From Candidatus Rokuibacteriota bacterium (GTDB lineage Bacteria > Methylomirabilota > Methylomirabilia > Rokubacteriales > DASRDR01): 11,887 bases of DNA. This document shows positions 7,251-11,887 of this stretch, piece by piece (the stretch's first letter is position 1; every line of letters begins with the position of its first letter). The notes beneath the pieces are model-generated. The model saw nothing but the letters and a program-made list of their open reading frames with translations, was not told the DNA's origin and ran no database searches. The stretch is from assembly GCA_044866005.1 (NCBI GenBank), contig JBIOTN010000036.1:1-11887 (forward strand). The letters run 5' to 3'. A program made the translations under genes and the position numbers.

Positions 7251-8102
7251 GTGACGGACCCCTCGGCGCCCGGATCGGCGGCGGCCCTGCGGGAGCGCCT
7301 GCGCGCCCTCCACGCCGGCGCCTCGGGCCGGGGCATCAAGCAGTGGCTGGCCAGCGGCCGCGTCCGGGTCAACGGCGCCGTGGTCCGTCGCGGCGACCTC
7401 CCGGTCGGCCCCGATGACCGCATCGAGCTCGGTCCGCCCGCGGCGACCCCTCCGGCGCCGCTCCGGCTCGTCCACGAGGACGGGCAGGTGCTGGTCGTCG
7501 ACAAGCCCGCCGGCCTCCTGACGATCGGGACCGAGCGGGAGCGCACGCAGACCGCGTACCGCGTGCTCCGGGACTGGGCGGAGCGGCACGGGCGCGGGCC
7601 CGTCTTCGTCGTCCATCGCCTCGACCGGGAGACCTCCGGCCTGCTCGTCTTCGCCCGATCGGTGGCCGTGAAGCGCCGGCTCCAGGCGCAGTTCCGGGCG
7701 CGCACCCCGGAGCGGGTGTACGTCGCGCGCGTGGAAGGCGTCCTGCGCGAGCCGGAGGGCACGCTGACCTCCCGCCTCGTCGAGGACCGGGCCCTGCGCG
7801 TCCGGCCCGCCCGCCGTGCCGAGGGCGGCAAGGACGCGATCACCCGGTACCGCGTCCTGGAGCACTACCCGGACGCGACGCTCGTCGAGCTACGCCTCGT
7901 CACGGGACGGCGGGGGCAGATCCGCGCCCAGCTCGCCGCGCGCGGCCATCCCATCGTCGGGGACCGCGCCTACGGGAGCCGTCGCGATCCCCTGCGGCGC
8001 CTCTGCCTGCACGCCACGCGGCTCGGCTTCGTGCACCCGAGCGGGCGGCGGATCGTGTTCGACAGCCCCCTCCCGCCGGGCTTCCGGCGGGCTCGGGCGT
8101 GA
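7251..8102 (+). CDS. RluA/RluD-family RNA pseudouridine synthase with S4-like N-terminus
   Basis: GRVRVNG (S4-like), VVDKPAGLL, VHRLDRETSGLLVFA (catalytic Asp), TGRRGQIR, GHPIVGDRAYG, LCLHA. Confidence 0.92.
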   Translation: MTDPSAPGSAAALRERLRALHAGASGRGIKQWLASGRVRVNGAVVRRGDLPVGPDDRIELGPPAATPPAPLRLVHEDGQVLVVDKPAGLLTIGTERERTQTAYRVLRDWAERHGRGPVFVVHRLDRETSGLLVFARSVAVKRRLQAQFRARTPERVYVARVEGVLREPEGTLTSRLVEDRALRVRPARRAEGGKDAITRYRVLEHYPDATLVELRLVTGRRGQIRAQLAARGHPIVGDRAYGSRRDPLRRLCLHATRLGFVHPSGRRIVFDSPLPPGFRRARA

Positions 8103-8113
8103 GGGCTGTCGCC

Positions 8114-8180
8114 TCGGGGGGGTCTCGGAAGACCCCCCGAATACCCCCCTCGGTTGCGGCGGCAAAAGCCGCCGCTCGGA
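8114..8180 (+). repeat. Intergenic double-hairpin (REP-like) repeat, copy 2
   Basis: TCGGGGGGGTCTCGGAAGACCCCCCGAATACCCCCCTCGGTTGCGGCGGCAAAAGCCGCCGCTCGGA. 9-bp stem 8117-8125/8130-8138 and 8-bp stem 8156-8163/8168-8175; same orientation as copy 1. Confidence 0.85.
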
Positions 8181-8244
8181 GCGAAACACCCGGCACGCAG
8201 TGGTTCAGCGTAAGGCCGTCCGCCGTGACTACCAGAGGCGCATA

Positions 8245-8262
8245 GCGGGCATCGACGCCCGC
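8245..8262. terminator. Hairpin directly after the ABC operon stop codon
   Basis: GCGGGC-ATCGAC-GCCCGC, 2 nt from the permease stop at 8265; no clear U-tract. Confidence 0.3.
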
Positions 8263-8264
8263 CG

Positions 8265-8993
8265 TCAGGCGTCCAGGGACGCCACCGGGCGGGCCGGGAG
8301 CGCCTCGCCCGGCCGCGCCAGCCCGCCCGGCTCCTCGCCCAGCAGCCCCGGGGTCGCCAGGCGCCGCTCGAGCCCGCGCGAGAGCGCCGTCAGCGGGAAG
8401 CAGAGCACGAAGTAGATGGCGGCGACGATCAGGTAGATCTCGAACGACTGGAACGTCCGCTCGATCGTCTCCTGCGCGGCGCGCGTCAGCTCGAAGACGC
8501 CGATGATGGCGGCGAGCGACGTGTCCTTGATCAGGATGGTGCAGAGCCCGACGTACGGCGGCAGCATCCGCCGCAGCGCCTGCGGGAGCACGACCCACCA
8601 CATCGCCTGCCAGTAGCCGAGCCCCGTGGACCAGGCCGCCTCGGACTGCCCCCGGGGGATCGACTGGATCGCCCCGCGGACGACCTCGGCGCTGTTGACG
8701 CCCATCCAGAGCGTGATGGCGAGCACGGCCGACAGGAACACCGGGATGTCGAACCCCAGCGCGGGCAGCCCGAAGAAGATGAAGAACATCTGGAGCAGCA
8801 GCGGCACCGCGCGGACGAACTCCACCACGGCGGTGACCGCGCGCTGGAGCGGCGGGACGGGGACCGCCCGCAGGAGCCCGAGCGTCAGCCCGAGGAGCGT
8901 GCCGGTCACGAGCACCGTGGCGCCGAGCTCCACGGTCGCGCGCGTGCCCTTCCCGAGGTAGCCCAGGCTCTCCCAGACCCCGAGCCAGCCCAT
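8265..8993 (-). CDS. Polar amino-acid ABC transporter permease (HisM/GlnP type)
   Basis: VEFVRAVPLLLQMFFIFFGLP, AEVVRGAIQSIPRGQSEAAWSTG (EAA loop), LPQALRRMLP, LIKDTSL. Confidence 0.93.
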   Translation of the reverse strand: MGWLGVWESLGYLGKGTRATVELGATVLVTGTLLGLTLGLLRAVPVPPLQRAVTAVVEFVRAVPLLLQMFFIFFGLPALGFDIPVFLSAVLAITLWMGVNSAEVVRGAIQSIPRGQSEAAWSTGLGYWQAMWWVVLPQALRRMLPPYVGLCTILIKDTSLAAIIGVFELTRAAQETIERTFQSFEIYLIVAAIYFVLCFPLTALSRGLERRLATPGLLGEEPGGLARPGEALPARPVASLDA

Positions 8994-8996
8994 CGG

Positions 8997-9656
8997 TCAG
9001 GCCAGGAGCCGGCGCTCGACCCAGGCGAGCGTCCGGGAGAGGGCCAGGATCAGGACGACGTAGTAGACCGCCGCGGCGCCGTACACCTCGAACGAGCGGA
9101 AGTTGTTGAAGGAGATGTCGTTGGCCACGAACATCAGCTCGACGATGCCGATCACGGACACGAGCGAGGAGTTCTTGACGAGCGACACCAGGTTGTTCCC
9201 CAGCGCGGGGAAGGCGATGCGGAGGGCCTGGGGGATGACGACGAACCGCGCCTCCTCCCACGCGCTGAGCCCGGTCGAGCGCGCCGCCTCCCGCTGCCCG
9301 AAGGGCACGGCCTCGAGGCCCGCCCGGAAGACCTCGGCGTTGTAGGCGGCGCTGTAGAGCGTGAGGGCCAGGAGCCCCGAGGCGAACGCAGGCAGCTTGA
9401 CCACCAGCGTCGGCAGGCCGAAGTAGATGAAAAAGATCTGGATGAGGAGCGGGGTGTTGCGAAAGACCTCGACGTAGGCCAGGGCGGCCCAGCGGGCCGG
9501 CCGCAGGCGGAGCTGCGAGAGCAGGGCGAGCCCGAGGCCGAGCGCCAGCCCGCAGAGCATGGCGAGGAGCGACAGCCCGATGGTGAGCGCCGCCCCCTCC
9601 GTGAGGTAGGGCAGCGCCTTCCAGACCTCGGCGGGGCTGAACTGATACGCCTTCAT
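8997..9656 (-). CDS. Polar amino-acid ABC transporter permease (HisQ/GlnP type)
   Basis: YVEVFRNTPLLIQIFFIYFGLP, AEVFRAGLEAVPFGQREAARSTG, IPQALRIAFP, LVKNSSL. Confidence 0.93.
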   Translation of the reverse strand: MKAYQFSPAEVWKALPYLTEGAALTIGLSLLAMLCGLALGLGLALLSQLRLRPARWAALAYVEVFRNTPLLIQIFFIYFGLPTLVVKLPAFASGLLALTLYSAAYNAEVFRAGLEAVPFGQREAARSTGLSAWEEARFVVIPQALRIAFPALGNNLVSLVKNSSLVSVIGIVELMFVANDISFNNFRSFEVYGAAAVYYVVLILALSRTLAWVERRLLA

Positions 9657-9660
9657 TTCA

Positions 9661-9686
9661 CGGGCGCGGGAGGGCGCCCGCGCCCG
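9661..9686. other. Intercistronic stem-loop between binding-protein and permease genes
   Basis: Perfect 10-bp stem CGGGCGCGGG (9661-9670) / CCCGCGCCCG (9677-9686), 6-nt loop. Confidence 0.6.
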
Positions 9687-9698
9687 CCGGGCAGCCGG

Positions 9699-10514
9699 CT
9701 ACGGCCGGATCAGGTGCGCTTCGAACTCCGCGAGGTGGCGCTTCCAGATCCGGTCGTAGGTGCCGTCGGACACCATGCGCTTGAGCTGGGCGTTGACCCA
9801 CCCGATGAACTCGGTGTCCCCCTTGCGGACCGCGATGCCGTACGGGCGCGGGTAGAAGGGCTTGCCCGCCACCCGCAGGTCGGGGTTTTCCTTCGCCAGC
9901 TTCAGGATGAGGATGTCGTCCTGGGCGAACGCGTCGGCGTGGCCGGCCTTGACCGCGAGGACCGCCTCGGTGACCTTCCCGTACTTGAGCCGGTTCGCCT
10001 GGGGCGCCAGCTCCGCGATGTCCTGGTCGGTGATCGCGCCCTGGATGATGGCGACCTTCTTGCCGTTGAGGTCCTTGACGTCGTTGATGGGGCTGGCCTT
10101 GGGGACGAGGAGCAGCTCGCCCGAGAGGAAGTAGGGCTCCGAGAACTCGACGACCTTCCGCCGCTCGTCGGTGATCGTGACCGTGGCGATGATGATGTCG
10201 ATCTTCCCGCTCTGGAGATAGGGGATGCGGTTCCCGGAGGTGACGGAGACGAGCTCGGCCTTCTCGGGGCTGCCGAAGAGCGCCCGGGCGAACTCCTGCG
10301 CCACGTCCACGTCGAACCCGACGTTCTTGCCGTTCGCGTCCACGTACCCGAACGGCGGGAAGTCGGTCTTGACCCCGACGATCAGCTTCTCGCGCTTCTT
10401 GACGGCCTCCAGCGTCGACTGCGCCGTCGCCGTGCCCGGCCCGAGCGCGAGCGCGCTCGCCGCCAGGACCGCCGCTGCCACCGCCCATCGAAGCCACCAT
10501 CGCGTTCGTCCCAT
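9699..10514 (-). CDS. Amino-acid ABC transporter substrate-binding protein (SBP_bac_3; GlnH/CjaA-like)
   Basis: Sec signal peptide ending ATA-Q, LIVGVKTDFPPFGY, GFDVDVA, NRIPYLQSGKIDIIIATVTITDERRKVVEFSEPY, YGIAVRKGD, DGTYDRIWKR; SD GGGAGG. Confidence 0.93.
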   Translation of the reverse strand: MGRTRWWLRWAVAAAVLAASALALGPGTATAQSTLEAVKKREKLIVGVKTDFPPFGYVDANGKNVGFDVDVAQEFARALFGSPEKAELVSVTSGNRIPYLQSGKIDIIIATVTITDERRKVVEFSEPYFLSGELLLVPKASPINDVKDLNGKKVAIIQGAITDQDIAELAPQANRLKYGKVTEAVLAVKAGHADAFAQDDILILKLAKENPDLRVAGKPFYPRPYGIAVRKGDTEFIGWVNAQLKRMVSDGTYDRIWKRHLAEFEAHLIRP

Positions 10515-10611
10515 GGTCGTCCTCCCTGCTGGACGAGAGGTGTTCGCTCTCCCGGCGACCTACGAGGGCGCTCCCGGACACCGCGAGCGCCCGAGGCTGG
10601 AACGGGACCGC

Positions 10612-10641
10612 ATCGTAACGGAGCCCCCGCCGCGCTGTCAA
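10612..10641 (-). promoter_or_regulatory. Sigma70-type promoter of the ABC operon
   Basis: Minus strand consensus TTGACA (10641-10636), 18-nt spacer, TACGAT (10617-10612). Confidence 0.65.
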
Positions 10642-10667
10642 CCACGCCGCCGCGGGCGCGACTTCTC

Positions 10668-10676
10668 TGGTAGCAT
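10668..10676 (+). promoter_or_regulatory. Extended -10 promoter, probably leaderless transcript of the HugZ-like gene
   Basis: TGG-TAGCAT (hexamer 10671-10676), then 6 nt, then the GTG start at 10683; no clear SD. Confidence 0.5.
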
Positions 10677-10682
10677 CGGGGC

Positions 10683-11504
10683 GTGAGCTCCCACGGCGAG
10701 GTCTCCGGGCCGACGGACGAGGCGCCGGTCCCCGAGCCGAGCTACGCCGAGCAGGCCCGGACGCTCGTCTACCGCGCGCGGACGGGGACGCTCGCGACGC
10801 TCTCGCGGAAGCACCCCGGCCACCCGTTCGGCTCGGTCATGCCCTACGCGCTCGACGACCGGGGCCGTCCGCTCTTCCTGATCAGCACGCTCGCCATGCA
10901 CACGCAGAACCTCGTCGCCGATCCCCGGGCGAGCCTCCTCGTGACGGAGCCGGGGCGGGAGGGCGACCCCCTCGCGGCCGGCCGGGCGACCCTGATGGGG
11001 CGTGCCGTCGGGGTCGACGCGGCCGACGCCGCCGACGCGGGCCGCGTCCGGGCGGCCTACCTCGGGCGGCACCCGCAGGCCGCCTACTGGGTCGACTTCA
11101 CGGACTTCCGCTTCTACCGCCTCACGCTCGAGGACGTCTACTTCGTGGGCGGCTTCGCGGCGATGGACTGGATCGAGCCGGCCGCGTACCTCGCCGCGCG
11201 CCCCGACCCGCTGGCCGACGTGGCGGCCTCCATCATCGACCACATGAACCGCGACCACCAGGAGGCCCTCCTCACCTTCGCCCGCGTCCTGGCCCGGGCG
11301 GAGGCCGACGAGGCCCGGATGATGGCGGTCGACCGGCTCGGCTTCAAGCTCCGGATCCGGAGCGGCGGGCGGCTCCACGGCGCCCGCATCCCCTTCCCGC
11401 GCGAGGTGCGGAGCGCGGAGGAGAGCCGGGCCGTGCTCATCGAGATGCTGCACGACGCCCGGGGCCCGGCCCCTCCTGACCGGAAGCAGGCGACGTCGAC
11501 CTGA
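10683..11504 (+). CDS. HugZ-family split-barrel (pyridoxamine 5'-phosphate oxidase-like) protein with C-terminal DUF2470 domain; putative heme utilisation
   Basis: GTLATLS...GHPFGSVMPY...FLISTLAMHTQNLVADPRASLLV, RATLMG, DFTDFRFYRL, FVGGFA, IIDHMNRDH, VDRLGF, RIPFPR. Confidence 0.88.
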   Translation: MSSHGEVSGPTDEAPVPEPSYAEQARTLVYRARTGTLATLSRKHPGHPFGSVMPYALDDRGRPLFLISTLAMHTQNLVADPRASLLVTEPGREGDPLAAGRATLMGRAVGVDAADAADAGRVRAAYLGRHPQAAYWVDFTDFRFYRLTLEDVYFVGGFAAMDWIEPAAYLAARPDPLADVAASIIDHMNRDHQEALLTFARVLARAEADEARMMAVDRLGFKLRIRSGGRLHGARIPFPREVRSAEESRAVLIEMLHDARGPAPPDRKQATST

Positions 11505-11600
11505 GATTCCACCCACCCGTGGACCAGAGCGCTCCGAGCGCCGGCTCCGCCGCGACCTACATGCGGGTTCTGATCGACGGGACCACCTCAGAGCCGTTGC

Positions 11601-11628
11601 GGCCGAGACGCTCCCCCCTGCCTCGGCC
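11601..11628 (+). terminator. Hairpin between convergent genes, possible terminator
   Basis: GGCCGAG...CTCGGCC (7-bp stem, 14-nt loop) followed by TTCTC. Confidence 0.3.
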
Positions 11629-11758
11629 TTCTCATCGGGAGACCATAATCCGGGTCAGTCGGGAGCGCTACGCCCCGCGGGCCCTGGTCGAGGAGCGGGT
11701 CTACGCTGCTTCACCGCTAGACAGTATCCCCGAGCTCGTTAGGTTGAGGACAACCATG

Positions 11759-11887
11759 TCACTTCATCATCGTCAGCGCTTCGATGTCGTCTAGCGTTCC
11801 TCGCAGAGACTCGATCTCTTCCCTTATTTCCTGCCTCACCTCCTCAAGCCGATCGACGATCTCGTCTGCCGCGCTTCGGAATCTCTG
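11759..11887 (-). CDS. C-terminal 42 aa of a hypothetical coiled-coil protein entering from the right edge
   Basis: Open frame QRFRSAADEIVDRLEEVRQEIREEIESLRGTLDDIEALTMMK* with heptad-like hydrophobic spacing; stop TGA at 11761-11759; codons AGA, AGG, ATA, CTA, CTT, TCT are atypical for the rest of the window. Confidence 0.55.
   Translation of the reverse strand, partial: QRFRSAADEIVDRLEEVRQEIREEIESLRGTLDDIEALTMMK

Noticed and set aside
5550..7865. 771-aa minus-strand ORF, the longest in the track
   Set aside because: Antisense to the TPP enzyme and RluA genes; typical shadow with no domain motifs.
5392..8180. Repeats as a CRISPR array or IS terminal inverted repeats
   Set aside because: Only two copies, 2.7 kb apart and in direct orientation; no spacers, cas genes or transposase.
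10533..10542. ACGAGAGGTG shared with the pepM leader (3182-3191, opposite strand)
   Set aside because: A single 10-mer in opposite orientation relative to the two mRNAs, and part of the SD in pepM; plausibly chance.
10535..10554. CGGGAGAG...CUCUC resembling a glycine riboswitch core
   Set aside because: Only 7 nt separate the two arms; the GAAG junction, the internal helices and the CUCAGG motif are absent.
7900..11516. ORFs 7900..9261, 9658..10641, 9714..10673, 10638..11516
   Set aside because: Alternate-frame or antisense shadows of the ABC genes and the HugZ-like gene.
11690..11745. Integron attC site
   Set aside because: Only the RYYYAAC heptamer is present; no proper GTTRRRY partner or paired arms were found, so it is not listed as a feature.
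11519..11794. 91-aa plus-strand ORF
   Set aside because: No SD, no motifs, mixed codon usage, spans a hairpin and overlaps the better minus-strand ORF end.

Overview
Very GC-rich bacterial DNA (roughly 70% by eye; gene content is reminiscent of Rokubacteria/Methylomirabilota, which is inference only). Left to right: (i) a minus-strand phosphonate biosynthesis operon with PEP mutase fused to a nucleotidyltransferase domain, phosphonopyruvate decarboxylase, and a 2-aminoethylphosphonate transaminase that runs off the left edge and is missing from the ORF track; (ii) a divergent UdgX uracil-DNA binding protein with an N-terminal TIGR03915-like segment; (iii) a 45-aa DUF3096-type membrane protein divergent from an atypical lytic-transglycosylase-like gene; (iv) a TPP-dependent enzyme of unknown substrate plus a RluA-family pseudouridine synthase, bracketed by two copies of a ~68-bp double-hairpin repeat; (v) a polar amino-acid ABC operon (binding protein plus two permeases, no ATPase) with a strong sigma70-type promoter and a structured leader; (vi) a HugZ/DUF2470 protein; (vii) the 3' end of a lower-GC (~55%) coiled-coil ORF at the right edge. 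The most notable signals are the covarying, bistable intergenic repeat, the PepM-nucleotidyltransferase/AEP pathway, the shortened UdgX fusion, two apparently leaderless genes, and the SD-sequestering ABC leader. All family assignments are from motif recognition, not database searches.
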